64,000 nucleotides of DNA from the human T2T-CHM13v2.0 reference genome, Homo sapiens: NCBI RefSeq assembly GCF_009914755.1, contig NC_060932.1. The stretch is one strand, 5' to 3'. Under the pieces are notes generated by a model. It saw only the letters and a program-made list of their open reading frames with translations. It did no database searches and had not been told where the DNA came from. Shown one piece after another: positions 1 through 13,300 of this stretch; the stretch's first letter is position 1, and every line of letters starts with the position of its first letter. The position numbers were made by a program, and so were the translations under genes.

Positions 1-2009
1 CTCTTCAGAGTCATTTTTACCTTTTCTCTGTTAATTCCATCAACAAAATGTGGGAAAAAATGATGACAATTGACAGTACACACCCTCTGGGTATTATTGT
101 CAAGTCATTTTAAATTTAGGTTTATTACAAAAGTTAACTTGAGGGTCTAAATTGTTTAAAAAAAATCTAAGAAGTAGCTCTGATTTATCAGTTTCCTTTT
201 ATTTAGTGGCTTGGGTCACATATGAAAGCATAGGGTATAAAAGGAGAGACAAAAAATGGGAAGATGATAGAATATGGAGGTGAAAGAAAAATTAACAAAA
301 CTATATAGAAACTTTGTGGGGGGCAGAGACAAAAAGAAAGAAAAGAAGAAAGGACAAAGTATTTGAGGGATGTGGTTGTCTAGGACTACCCCATAAATAT
401 TTGACAAAAAAGAACAGTGGCTTCGATACCGATTACGCCTAAGAATAAATAAAACATTTAAAAAGAAAAACTCAGGCACAATGTGCATTTAAAGACATCA
501 GTGAAATTATCATTGGTGCTAAAAAACAAACTTGCCAAATTATTAGGTTTCTAAACTACTAATATTCTGCACATTCTAACTTGGCCTTACTCCTTTGGAG
601 ACAAAAATTAAAAACCCAACTTAATGAGTTAGAAATAACCAATTCTAAGTAAGAACATTTCACATCTACATTCTTACAGCATAGCTCATCATGGGAGAGG
701 AAAATAAGATCAATGCAAATTATTTCCAATTAAGTTCACCTTGAAGACTTGTCACCAGGGGCTATTTTACTGTCTATCATTGGCAGTTATCATTGGCAAG
801 TGGTCAGTACTTCCTTCCCAAACAATCTTGAACCTATTCAAGAGCTCTCTTGCTTAGAAGGATTAAATCAATGTTATAACAAATGTTATATTTTAATTTT
901 GTAACTAAGTTACTCAAATTAGCCAAAAAAATCTAATTTTTGAGACCCTCATCTGATGGTTACTTAAAAAAAAGTGAGAACTCAGAAAGAAATTCAATAT
1001 TGAAATGAGAAAATCATTTATTTTCATAAAAATTTTGGAATGACCATGTTTTCATTACGTCTTGCCAAGCTTTATTCTCAAGATAAACATGGCTGAGATT
1101 AGAAGGGCAGTGTGATGTATAAGGCAATTGCCTAAGAGCCGGAGGACTGGAGTTCGGTCCATGGTTCCTATGATGACTTGGTTTGTGGCCAGAGCAAATT
1201 TCCTCATGGCAGCTTGGACATCACCAATAGAGTGGAGGTCCAAGAGAAATGCCTCTTAGACTTATTCAGTGTTAGTCATAATCATATCAATCATGAGTGG
1301 GTTCATTTTCTATCAGATGTGACATGATAGGTTTTTAACGAATTTTATTGTATCAAAATGAGAATTTTTCCCATTGAAATAAAAGTTTACTCCTCATATT
1401 GCAATATATTTATTCTTTCTACAAGATAATTGTCCCTCCACAAGTAGAAGGGCATGGTTAAAATTAGTCGCAGGACAAAGCAGTTTGACTTTGACCTTTT
1501 CAAACTACTTCAGTGACTAGCATTTCAAAATATGTGCCACTTGGACAATTTCTCTATATTCAAAGATAAGATGTGGAAATTGGACTTGTCAGCCTCCCTT
1601 TTAAGCTTCTTACACAGCTATTATTTTATGGGTGTGTTGGGTAAAAGAAGAAATATCTTCTAATTAAAGTTAATACAAGAACCCTTTGAAATAATGACTC
1701 CACTTATATCTGTTAAAGGCTTTCCTGATATAAGAAAACAATGGAGGAAACACCCAGAGCCTCAAAGTTGCTTCATTATCATTGCCTTTCACAAGAACTG
1801 TAGGAAAGTTGATCAAAACGTCCTCAAAGCACTTGCCCATTTGTCTTTGTTGGTAAGTTTCTAACCAAAGACTTGCTAGCCCCCAGTACTAAGGTGGTTG
1901 TATAAGCACAGCAGTGTGAAACCCATATAGCATGAGTAGTACAATCTTGGTGGTGTAATAGAGGGGTACCACTTCCTACCACTTGTTTATATTATGCTTT
2001 GTAGTGTTT

Positions 2010-3080
2010 TCATTAGATTGCATAGTCAACAAGCACTTTTTGGATTTCTGTTATATGTCAAGTGCTGGGACAGGACCTGGAGAACAAGAAGAATAATAGA
2101 GGAAACTCCCTATTCTCGTATATTATATACTGTCACAGGGTAGGAGGATAATGAAATAGGCAATTCCAATACTGTATGATAAAGGTTATAATACAGGAAG
2201 TTCAAGAGCAACCAGCAGGAATATGTAACCCATTCTAAGAGTAGCAATTGAGGCTTGCACAGTCAATTCCGACTATTAGCAGATTCTGTATTTGCAAAAT
2301 AATCTATCACTAAAATGTGCTTGGAACCCCAGAATCAATACTTACAGCACTTTCCCATCATTTACAGACATGCTCAAAATGGCGTGCATTTTGACTGCCT
2401 CAACTCACATGTTTGCAGGTGAGCATGAACCAGGTGGAACCCTTCCTCTTTGTTTCGGCTCTTATATATACATGAGTAGAAGATGGAGATGTAAGGAATG
2501 CACCACCTGGTGCAAAGAGCTCCAACACTGCTCCAGCTGAATCGGGTTTCAATCTCAACTCCGGCCCCTGTTAGTAGGGCAGCTTCAGGCAAGTCACTTA
2601 ACATTTCTGGACCTTGTTTACTCTTTCGTAGAATAAAGAAAACAGAATCCACCAGGATGAGTTATTTTTAGGATTTAAGATTATAATCTTTACATACATA
2701 TCCTCTAGGAGCAATGGTTTAATGTCTGCTAATGCAGTGTTGCAGCAACTTTATAAAACATAAATACCTTAAATAACAAGAATCAGCTTTAAATAAATAG
2801 CTATTAAAAGCCTGCAAAAGACATTAAAATAGGGGCAAAAGATTTCAAAGGCCAGTGGTAGCTTCTGCCTTTGAAGAAATGAAGATTCAGAATGAAAATT
2901 AAGCTTCATGCTCAAGGGAGAAAGTGGTAAAATATAAAATCCCAGCAAGCAGGGACAAATTATAAAGAGCTTATTGTGATCTTGAAATGAAGAGCTTGGA
3001 ATTTATCCTAATGGGCATTGAGAAGCTCAGTTGAAAGATTTTTATTAGGGGAGTTCCACAGTTAGATGTAACCCAAGAAA
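2010..3080 (-). mobile_element. L2 LINE relic, split by the Tigger-type element at 2260-2790
   Basis: Degenerate L2 antisense motifs (caacaagcactttt...tatatgtcaagtgctggga near 2028; agcttggaatttatcctaatgggcattgagaagc near 2995). Confidence 0.45.
2260..2790. mobile_element. MER82-like TcMar-Tigger DNA transposon with an internal MIR-like segment
   Basis: Starts cagtcaattccgactattagcagattctgtatttgcaaa and ends ctaggagcaatggtttaatgtctgctaatgcagtg...aaataacaagaatcagct, matching recalled MER82 termini. 2540-2680 carries the MIR core (ggcaagtcacttaacatttctg). Confidence 0.6.
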
Positions 3081-3730
3081 ATTGTACCAAGAGATATAGG
3101 TCTGCCATTGAGGAGTTTTGAGGTCTGTTGCTACTGATGGCACCCTTTCAGGAAGAAAGGGGGACTTTTTTGTCTTAAACATTATTGAAGAGAGAAAAAG
3201 AAGAAAAAGTAGAACAATAACTCTGAAGAGAACATAATGGAAACTACCAGAGAATGGAAAAGTAGTCTTTCTTCTAAGAAATCATTCCAGGTTCCACATG
3301 GTAAAATACAAGGTGAACATAAACAATACGGTATTACACAAAGCTGAAAAATCAACTTCTGGAGAAGCAGAAAATATTTTAGAAGGGCAGGAGAAAGGAA
3401 AAACCTGAATAATAGCCCAATTATGTCAACCAGGGTAGGCAAGTGTCTTATTTATTAAAGCACAGTGCCTGACTCTTAATATCTTCTATATATGCTAATG
3501 GTTTGCTCAAAAGGGGAGCTGTAGATGAAGTCTAAGTAGCAAAGGTCTTCACATTTTACGTATCCCAACCTCACCAAAAGGCACACATAGGGTCCAAAAT
3601 TTGTGTGCATTTTGGAGAAAGAAAAGGAGAAATGAAAATACTTTTAGCTTCAGAGACAAAAAGAAAATTAATGTTGCTAATAATTTCTCAATATTAACTT
3701 TATACAATGGAGCTATAGTTTTATTATAGT

Positions 3731-3777
3731 TATTTCTCTGTTTTATTTCTCTATTTTATTTTCTCTGTTTTATTTTA
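3731..3777. repeat. Short tandem repeat, ~13-14 bp unit (tatttctctgttt) x3
   Basis: Read directly from sequence. Confidence 0.75.
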
Positions 3778-4004
3778 GTTACTACAGGATTGAAAAAAGA
3801 GATATGTCAACCTATCTAGATTAGTTGAAGCTTAGATTAGAGAAAATTCGTTAAAGTTTATAATCTGTTAAAAACAGTAAAAATTTGGAGAATACTCTTT
3901 GGTCTTCCCCTATAAAACTATGAATTTCTTGAAGGTGAATACTATGTATTGTTAATGTATTCTAATTTTTGCCACCTAACAGTCCTGGCAACGTTGAGAA
4001 CGTT

Positions 4005-4130
4005 GTCTAATTTCTCTGAGCCTGAGTTTCCTCATTCTAAAACGGAAATATTACTTAAATTATATGACTGTTGTAAAGATTAAGTGAAATAATGAACTAA
4101 TGTAATCACTGCATAGTTAATGGTCAGTCA
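4005..4130 (+). mobile_element. MIR fragment
   Basis: tctctgagcctgagtttcctcattctaaaacggaaata...gttgtaaagattaagtgaaataatg core. Confidence 0.6.
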
Positions 4131-4811
4131 ACTTAGATATTGTATAATGATGATGTACCTTTAACACTTGATATAATGTTTAATCCACAAAGGAAACACA
4201 TGGTAGGTGGAAGAATGGAAGGTTGGATGACTGATATATTATGTTTACTCAACTAAGAAGATCCTTAAGGAATGCCTTAATGTACATTTTGTGAGTGTTT
4301 TGAATGAGTTAACTGGTTAATGTCAGCAGAAAATCAACATATTTTAGCTACCATCAAATTTGTCTGATAAGCAGATCCAAGCAATATATTTATTCTATAC
4401 CAGCAGTAAAAATAAAACCTGGATATGAAATGTGTAAATAACATGGACCATTAATACCATTAATAAAATTCCATTTATTCTCCTAAATTTCCTACAAAGT
4501 ATTATTCCTCCTCCTCTTAATAGACCTACTCCACTTAATAAATGAAGAAATTGAGTCCTGGAAAGAGGAAGAAATTGGGCTGACCGTGCACCAGGCAGGT
4601 GATATATATGAATGGAGTAGGCTGAGTGTGGAGGAATGACGAGAACTATTGTTGCATGAAATGACAGTCTTCCAACAGAACAGGGCTTCAAACTTTCCAA
4701 GAGATTCTGGAAACTGCAGTTTTAATGTGAAATAGCCTAATGTGTACTCTTTGTCCATAAGCCAATGCGGCCACTCAGTGTAGAATATTTGCCTTCAAAA
4801 AGTAAGTTGGA

Positions 4812-5122
<311 letters not shown>

Positions 5123-5719
5123 TAAGTTGGAACAGACCCAGGCACCTCAGACCCAAGCCTTCTGCCTCTTTATTTGGTGTGCTCTTCTTACAACACTCTC
5201 CTGGATAAAGACTATATCACAAGTGTATATAGGATACATATAGGATACAGATAGGGCAGCCAGATGGCAAAGGGACCTAACAAGAGAGCTCTATCAACAA
5301 GCAGAGAGAAAATAGGTGCTTATAGAAGAAGACATTTTAGACATAACTGTCATCCGCAATAAGATTAACTCCTAACATTTGCTCTCAGGAAGACTCTTTC
5401 AATTCGATTTACTTGAAAGGAAAAATTACACAAGAGAAAGCTCTCCTTTCAGTTTCACATCTGTTAAAGTCTACAGCAAAAGGCATTTCAGGATAGAAAT
5501 AGAAGTAAACAGCCAGGTACCCCAGGGCTTTTTATTATGTGTGTTTGGGGTCTTTATATATTCATTTAATAAACAGTTACTGGGTATTTCAATGAGCGTG
5601 GCACTGAGCTTGATGCAGTCAGGCCATGACTTACTGTTTAAGAGGCTTGTGTTTTATGAGGCAAAAGACTTGGTTATAATACAATGAAAGCCAGTATAAA
5701 AGAGGTTTGTGCTATGACC

Positions 5720-6206
5720 AAAACACCACTAAAGTTCTCCCCAGCTTGATTCAACTTTAGAAAGATTTCTTCCTGACTAGAGGCCCCTGACCTCCTTTTC
5801 TTAGACCATTTATGGTAGGAAACTTTTAATTGTAAATTCTTTCTTGACTCTTTGAGATGCAAATCTTCTCCCAATCTCCTGCCAGTTTTACAACCCAAGA
5901 ATGTCTTTCTCAAGGACCTGGGAGCTGTCCCTTTGAAATGTAATTATCAAGAAAGAGAGAGACCCCATCTCCCAGTTTCTATGAGAGAATAGGAGCTTAA
6001 CTTAGACAAGCAACAGTTAGCAAACACAGATGACCTAATCAAATTGACTAACCACCCTGCTAAAGTCTTCCAGGACTTTTCCACTAGCTCACCCAGTGCT
6101 CAAAAATCAGCCTGCTTTTGTTTGAGCAGAATTGAGTTCAATCTTCATCCTCTATTGCAAAAGTCTTAAATGAAGTCTTCCTTACCTGGTGTAGTTTTCT
6201 TGTCAG
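5720..6206 (+). mobile_element. ERV1 solo LTR, MER34/MER39 group
   Basis: ggcccctgacctccttttcttagaccattt...aattgtaaattctttc...ctcaaggacctgggagctgtccctttgaaatgtaa...gttcaatct...tctattgcaa...aagtcttccttacc follows the recalled MER34/MER39 LTR. Confidence 0.65.
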
Positions 6207-6644
6207 CTTGGAGAGGGAGAACGGAGTCCTTGATAACTGAAGAGGAAGTATACAAACTTCATATCAGAGGCTATTAAGCAGGAACTTTTGAAAGATAAAC
6301 GTGAATTGCACTCATCGAATAATATAAGATACTTCAAGCACTAAATGTCCCTAGAAACATCACAGAGGCATGAGAGAGGCATGCTTGGAAAATGGCTTGA
6401 AATGACTTGTGGGCTGTGAAAAAGCTGACGCTCTTATTGTGAAAGTTTCTGCGGCTCTTATTTCTGCTCTACTTCCCAATTCTGGCTTGAACTTTTCATT
6501 TTAATGTAATAGTTATCCCAATTTTTTAAAAAGATGGGATCTGTAATGGCAAGCATTCCCAACAAGAATTCATGTAATTCCATAAATAAACTAATGTTTA
6601 TTGAGTGCCTACAATATGCCAGGCAAACAGATACAGGTACTCTT

Positions 6645-6895
6645 GTTATAGAAAGGGTTAAGAGAATGGGCTCTGCAGTCGGTCAATTTGGCTTCAAAGC
6701 AGTACTTTGTGCCAGTTGTGTGACTGTGTGAACTTGGGCAAGTGACCTGGCCTCTCACGACTCTTCTGTTTTCTCATCTGTAAAATAGTTGTATATAATT
6801 TTCTTAGTTGTTAAAAAGACCAAATGGATTAATACAGTAAAATAATATATAACAATGCCTGGTACACACTAATTGCTTTAAATATTAGCTATCAT
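6645..6895 (+). mobile_element. MIR (MIRb-like), near full length
   Basis: ggttaagagaatgggctctgcagtc...tgtgtgaacttgggcaagtgacc...tttctcatctgtaaaat...caatgcctggtacacact. Confidence 0.75.
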
Positions 6896-7429
6896 CTAAA
6901 ATTTATTAAAACCAAGCTTAAAACTATATTTATGACTAGCTAATGCTCATATCATGAAAACACTATTGCCAAAAGTGAAAACTTAGGAGAAGTCATTGCT
7001 TTAAAAAACTGCCTTTTGTATACCTTCTTTCTGAATATTCTCACATTAGAAAGAGAGAGAGAGTTTTCTGCCAATGGATATCCCCAACTTCTACTCTCTC
7101 ACTATAAACATGCATGGTCCAGGATCTTGTGCTTAGTATAACAATTTCACCTCAACTCTGCTCAGGGTTTTTCTCAGCTTCCACTAAACTGGTTTGCACT
7201 TGCTGCTTGGCCCATCAGAGTTAGTTAAGGAAAGACCTGAGTTCACTTTGTCTTCTCATGATCTATGAAATGTGACGTCTTTATCTCCTTTATATTCTAT
7301 TCCATTCTACAGTGGAAAGAGAAGGGAGAGGTAGAATGGGAGAGCATGAGCAGGAGAGGGAATGGTGTGCAGAGAATAAGCATGAGCAAGCAAAGTCAAT
7401 CCTGTGACTAACCTGGAAGCCAGTTTTGC

Positions 7430-7645
7430 AACATGGCTAACCTCATAGGTTCCAGAGGTAGGCTGCCTGGGTTAAAACCCAGCCCCACAAGCCATGTGAC
7501 CCTGGGAAAATGACTTACCTCTCTGTTCCTTAGATTACTAACCTGTACATCATGGGTAATAACAGCACTCGTGTCATGTAGTTGTTGCAAAAATTAAATG
7601 AGTTACAGTATAATATAAGGCACCTGGAGCTGAACCTGGCACCTT
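7430..7645 (+). mobile_element. MIR
   Basis: ggctgcctgggttaaaaccc...atgtgaccctgggaaaatgacttacctctctgttcctta. Confidence 0.65.
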
Positions 7646-8460
7646 CAGCTCTAATCATTAATCTAATTAGAGTTCCCTGCTGACATTCTTCTCTTCTTCA
7701 TAAGTTTCCTAATTTTTTTCTGACAATTTTTTTATTTGAAATTAATACGCTGAGTACTGTGCACTGAATGGAAATCTTTGATCATCTTACAAATCATCAC
7801 ACAGACCAAAATGAGTGTTCCGTTATAGTTGTTGTTTCTCTCACTAAACCTTAAGTTCTTCATTAAACCTTGCAGTCCCATATCCAGCACAAAGTTGGTG
7901 GCCAGTAAATGTTTGTTGATTTAATGATACATACTAAACATACTATGAAAATTTAATTATACATAATACATACTATACTTATTTATAATAAAAATATTAG
8001 TTCACAAATACTTTAAAACATCACATTTATTTTAAAAATAGACAAAGTGCATAATAAAGCAAAATAATTCATTCCAAAAAGTATTTTAAACAGAAACAGT
8101 ATACCTGAATGTCATTTGCATATGAAATTAATTAAAGGATACTATACACTATAAAATGCATAATAATGCTTATTAGTTTATAACATAATATGGGAAGAGA
8201 AAGTTTATATCTTATTGTCCTGCCTTTGTTTTGTCAATTCCAGAATTATTCACTGTATCTAGATATTAATGAAGGCTTTCTTGCCAAAGCTTTGGAAAGA
8301 AGAAGGGTGAGTTATCCCCTCATGAACTGGTTAAATAACAAGTACTGCTCACAGAGCTGTTCTGATTCCTGTGGAGCCCAAGAGGTAAGCTTGTTACAAC
8401 ACTAAAGCAAGAATGTCCAGTCTTATATGAGAGCCACTATCTTGGCTATGAGGAGTCCTA

Positions 8461-8522
8461 TCTAGATAAGTACTCCTTGAAATTAGATAGCGGCATCTCT
8501 AGGTAAGTACTCCTTGAAATTA
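8461..8522. repeat. 25-bp direct repeat x2 (tctagRtaagtactccttgaaatta) with 12-bp spacer
   Basis: Copies at 8461-8485 and 8498-8522, 24/25 identical. Confidence 0.9.
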
Positions 8523-9245
8523 ACAGAAGGTCAGAAATGTGTGCTATTATTAGAATTGATCAAATAGGCTCAGTTGGCAAAGATGAAAAAAAGATTTACA
8601 AAATCAATTGCTTCCTCCTAACTCTCTATTGAGTTGGGACTTTGGGAGGGATCAGACAGATAATGGGAACTGGAGAAGTTTTGAAGTGTAACAATAAATA
8701 GGTAACTGGAAAGATGTGCCTATGAAGAAAACTTCAAAAGGGTGACATAGAGATAGCACAAACAACCAGCAAAAGTTGTTGAGTCCAAACACGTGGATGA
8801 AAAGTAAAAACTAGAGCCTGGCAACTGAAAATTATTAAAGATGAAGATTATATTCAAGGAGACAGAAGTTGCCTGTTTGCGAGAGACACACAGGGAAAAT
8901 AAATAGATATAAAGTTTACTGGGACTCTGGACCATTGGATCATGCAATTATTTTCTATAAGACTCATGAAAAGAGTAGATGCTCTTTTTCACCAACTTAC
9001 CTTAACATAAATAGTCTTTCTGAAAATAAAAAATTAAAGAGTCAACATAGGGCATCTATTATTTGCTGTTTACTCATTCTCTTAAAAAATACAATGAGAG
9101 ATATAAAGAGATAAAACTACTATATTTAGGTCATAAAAGTCATTAAAGAAAAACCTCAAATTCAGAATTCAAATCTTCTAACTATTAATCTATGCCTTTT
9201 AAGACCACAATCAATGACTAAATTTTTGTTTTTCACTTAATTTTT

Positions 9246-9564
9246 TGTCTTCCTTTTCTTTTTTTTTTTTTTTTTGAGACAGAGTTTCGCCCTGTCACCC
9301 AGGCTGGAGCGCCGTGACGCAATCTCGGCTCTCTGCAAGCTCCGCTTCCCGGATTCACACCATTCTCCTGCCTCAGCCTCCCAAGTAGCTGGGACTACAG
9401 GCACCCACCACCATGCCATGCCTGGCTAATTTTTTGTGTGTGTTTTTAGTAGAGACGGGTTTCATCATGTTAGCCAGGATGGTCTCGAACTCCTGACCTC
9501 CTGATCTGCCCGCGTCGGCCTCCAAAAGTGCAGGGATTACAGGCGTGAGCCACCACGCCTGGTC
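9246..9564 (-). mobile_element. AluY
   Basis: Y diagnostics ctgcaagctccgc, cacaccattctcctg and gttagccaggatggtctcg; poly-T on the left. TSD gtttttcacttaattttt at 9228-9245 and 9565-9582. Inserted in the tail of the adjacent L1MC. Confidence 0.95.
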
Positions 9565-9574
9565 GTTTTTCACT

Positions 9575-10650
9575 TAATTTTTAACAGCAGTTTTAAGTTC
9601 ACAGAAAAACTGAGCAGCAAGTACAGAGATGCTGCCTCTATCCCTTGCCCCTCCATCAGCATAGCCCCCTTCATATCAACATCCCCAACCAGAGAGGCAC
9701 ATTTGTTGCAATTTAGAACCTACATTGACCATCATTATCACTAAGTCTACAATTTACATTGGGGTCACTCTTGGTATTGTATATTCCATAGGCTTGGAAA
9801 AAATACATAATGACATATATCTACCATTATACTATCCTATTATACTATTCCACTGCCCTAAAAATCCTCTGTCCTTCACCTATACAGCCGTCTCATCCCC
9901 CTAAACCCTGGAAACCACCGATCTTTTTACTGTCCCCATAGTTTCACCTTTTCCTGAATGTCATATAGTTGGGATCATACAGTATGTGGCCCTTTCAGAT
10001 TAGCTTCTTTCACTTAGGAAAATGCAGTTACATTTCTTCCATGTGTTATCGTGGCTTGATAGCTTATTTCTTTTTAGCACTTAATAATATTTCATGGCCT
10101 GGATAGACCACATTCTATTTATCCATTCACCTCTGAAGGACATTTTTGTTGCTTTCAAGTTTTGACAATTATGAATAAAGTTGCTGTAAACACTCATGTG
10201 CAGGTTTTTATGTGGACGTAAGTTTTCAACTCCTCTGGGTAAATCTCAAGGAGTATAATTGCTATGTCATTTGGTAAGAGTATTTTTAGTTTTGTAAGAA
10301 ACTGCCACAGTCTTCCAAAATGGCTGTACCATTTTGCATTTCCACCAGCAATCAGTGAGAGCTCCTGTTGCTCCACATCATCATCGGCATTTGGTGTTGT
10401 CAGTGTTCTGGATTTTGGCCATTCAAATAGGTGTACAGTGGTATCTTATGGTTTTAATTTGCACTTTCCTTGATGACAGATGATGTGGAGCATCTTTTCA
10501 TATGCTTATTTGCCATCTATCATTTTTGGTGAGGTGTCCATTAAAGTCTTTGGCTCATTTTTAATCAGGTTGCCTATTTCCATATTGTTGAGCTTTAAGT
10601 GTTCTCTATATACTTTGGATAACAGTCCTTTATCAGGCACATGTTTCCAA
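9575..10650 (-). mobile_element. L1MC1-like LINE-1 3' end (3'UTR plus end of ORF2)
   Basis: agcagttttaagttcacagaaaaactgagcag...catttgttgcaatttagaacctacattgac...; minus ORF 10194-10376 resembles the L1 ORF2 C-terminus (IAGGNAKWYSHFG...IYPEELKTYVH). Confidence 0.85.
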
Positions 10651-10669
10651 GTTTTAAAATGTCATGTTT

Positions 10670-11760
10670 TGTATACTTATTGAATTCCTATGACAAGCCC
10701 TGTGCTTGTCATAGAAATTGAGCATCATTTATGAACAGAAAGGATAGTCCCTCATAGAGCTTAAAGCATAATGAGAAGACAGATAATACAAAGTAAATGA
10801 AGAAAAACCCCCATAATTCAAACTGTGTAAGTGCTATTTATATAACACAGTTCTGAAATAGAGAACACTGAGGTAGATATCTATTTAGATAGAATAGATA
10901 GAATAGTCTGGAAAAGTCATTACAACTTAAGCTCTACCCCCTAAAATAAGGAGAATGTAGGCATATGAAGGTGAGAGGCAAGAAAATTCTAGGCAGACAA
11001 AAAGCTTTGTAAAAATATTCAAAGACAAGAAGGAACTTGGCCTTAGCTTGTTGGAAAACTAACAAAAAGTATATGTGGTTAGAACCTACTGAGCTAGAGC
11101 CAGCCCATGCAGTCCTGTAGGCCAAGTTAAGGGACGGGGATTTTATTCTATGATTTGGGTGTCAAATGATTTGAAGCTTGGAAGTTGCCTGGTCCAATTT
11201 TCTTCTGTAAAATAACATTCTGGAGCTATATGGAAAGTAGATTAAAGAGAGCTAAGAGTGGAATTGGGGAAACTTATCAAGAGGCTATTGCAAGAGTTTG
11301 GGCAAGAGAATAAGGTAGCCTGAAGTGAGGGTGGCTGTGGTAGAAATGGGAAAAATAAATATACAGATTCAATAAATATTAAGTAGATAGAATCAAAGGA
11401 ATTGATGATTGAACAAATAACGGGTGTAGAAGAGGGAAAGTTCAAGGATGTTATCTAGATTTCTGTCTTGTGTCTATGAGTCTATGATGCCATTGACCAG
11501 AGATAGAGACTGAGGAGCAAAAGATTCCAAAGAGAAATCAAAGGTTCCAATTCAGAGGAATTAAGTTTGAGGTGCCTGCTATTCACTCAAGAGGAAATGA
11601 GAACACATGAGGGCTGGAGCTCTGAAGAAAGGTCCAGGCTGAAGACTGATAATGAGACCTATGTAATGTAAAAAGGCTTGCAATGGACGGAATCTCCTCG
11701 GGAGACAGAGTTCAGAGAGGAGAGATCTGCTTTGAGCTTAAATGACCAACAACATTAATG
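10670..11760 (-). mobile_element. L2 (L2a-like)
   Basis: gtccctcatagagctta...aagaggctattgcaagagtttgggcaagaga...ttaagtttgaggtgcctg...ggagctctgaagaaaggtccaggctgaaga. Confidence 0.7.
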
Positions 11761-12019
11761 GCTTGTTTTCACTTTTTTCAGATATGACTTCTATTGCCTC
11801 TATCCCTAATTGTTTATGTAACCATATCTTTCACTATGAATTTTGCTTTAAAACCAAATTCCCTTTTTAATTTGGATTCTATTAATTCAGAACTCATGAT
11901 AACTAGGAAATCTGTGGTAAAGAAGTTTACTTTTGCATTATATAATGCAAATAAGAAATGTTTCTCCTATTTAAGTATTTCAATCCTCTTTTATAATTAT
12001 CTCTAGGCATATAAATTGC

Positions 12020-12260
12020 AATTAGCCTTTATTGAGGACTTATTTTTGCACCAGATGCTATGGTAAATGTTTTCCACGTATTGGTTTATTTTCTTATCAT
12101 ATTAATAATTTTGTTAATAACACAATGCTATTATCTGGAGTTTTATATGCACAGAGATTAAGAAATCTTACTTACAGTTGCAAAGTTAATATGAAAGCAA
12201 CTGAAATCAAATGTATAAACTGTAATTCCAGGATCCCGTTTCACCACTGCGATAAGCCGC
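12020..12260 (-). mobile_element. MIR, degenerate
   Basis: ttattgaggacttatttttgcaccagatgcta...gcacagagattaagaaatcttac. Confidence 0.5.
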
Positions 12261-13099
12261 TTTTATTTAACTCTTATGTCTCAAAATATTTTCAATGAAC
12301 ACTTACAGCTTCCCAGAGAAGTTGGAAATACAGGATATAGATTTTAACATTTTGAGGCTCACAGACATATGTGACTTGCCAAATGCATGATGTTAGAACT
12401 GGAGAGGATATTTGCCATAGTGATGCTGTTCATTTATACTTGATTGGGAAAGACTTTGGAGACATCGAAAAGTGATCGGAGGCACGTTGAGGACAATGAA
12501 TTACAATTGAATACATGAAGCTTCATCTAACCCCCTTTTTATTACTAAAAACTCAAAGCCTAGCCAAGTGTCTTAGTGGTATAAACAAAAATTTTCTTAT
12601 AAACCTAAATATTCACCTCTCTCCCTAGATTACAAAGCACTATTGTATTCAAATGACTTGTAAATAGCCTCCCTCTCCACAATGGAAGGAATGAAGGAAG
12701 AGATGGAGGAAAGGAGGAAAAAAGAAAAGCTCTATTTGCTTCATTAAAAGATTCCTTTCTCATAATAATAATTCACTCTCACTTTTCATTTAATACAACA
12801 GAATGTTTCTCAAGGAAATATAAAAAGTTGGCATTGTTCAGTTTTTAAAAAGCTCACCAAAAGGGCTATGTGGTCTGTTGAAGTCCAAATAACCAGTGGA
12901 TTAATGAATTCTTTCGATCCCCATTGTTTACATGGGCCTTGCATAGATGGGTGATCCTTACTCCTTTTGAAGTTTTCATTTCAAACAGCATCTTTTCTTT
13001 TTCTGTTCTTTATAAAATATATTTACCTTAATTTGTAAAAAAAAAAAAAAAAAAAAAAAACAAACCAGTGGGTGAAATTTTGTAACACGCCTTGAAACT

Positions 13100-13300
13100 A
13101 CTGGAAGCAACAACACATTGGGAACTCCCTGGTGTAGCTGCAGCCTGAATCACTCAATTGTTTTGCTGTTGTGTAGACATCGCTTCCAGGGCCAGTGATG
13201 GATGAGCGATGGGGTCAGCCTGATTCTTCACAAAATCCATTTTTGACGTGGCAGCCAAGGTCAAAAGACAAAGCTGGCTGGATCTCTGCACCTAATGTAC
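13100..13300. promoter_or_regulatory. Candidate enhancer (motif cluster in unique sequence)
   Basis: GGGAACTCCC (NF-kB consensus) 13120-13129; TGACGTGGCA (XBP1/ATF6/CREB3-type) 13244-13253; CCAAGGTCA (NR5A/ERR half-site) 13255-13263; locally higher GC with several retained CpGs. Motif matches only. Confidence 0.3.

Noticed and set aside
8461-8522. Repeat-spacer-repeat as a mini CRISPR
   Set aside because: Only two copies, a 12-bp spacer and a eukaryotic context; a local duplication explains it.
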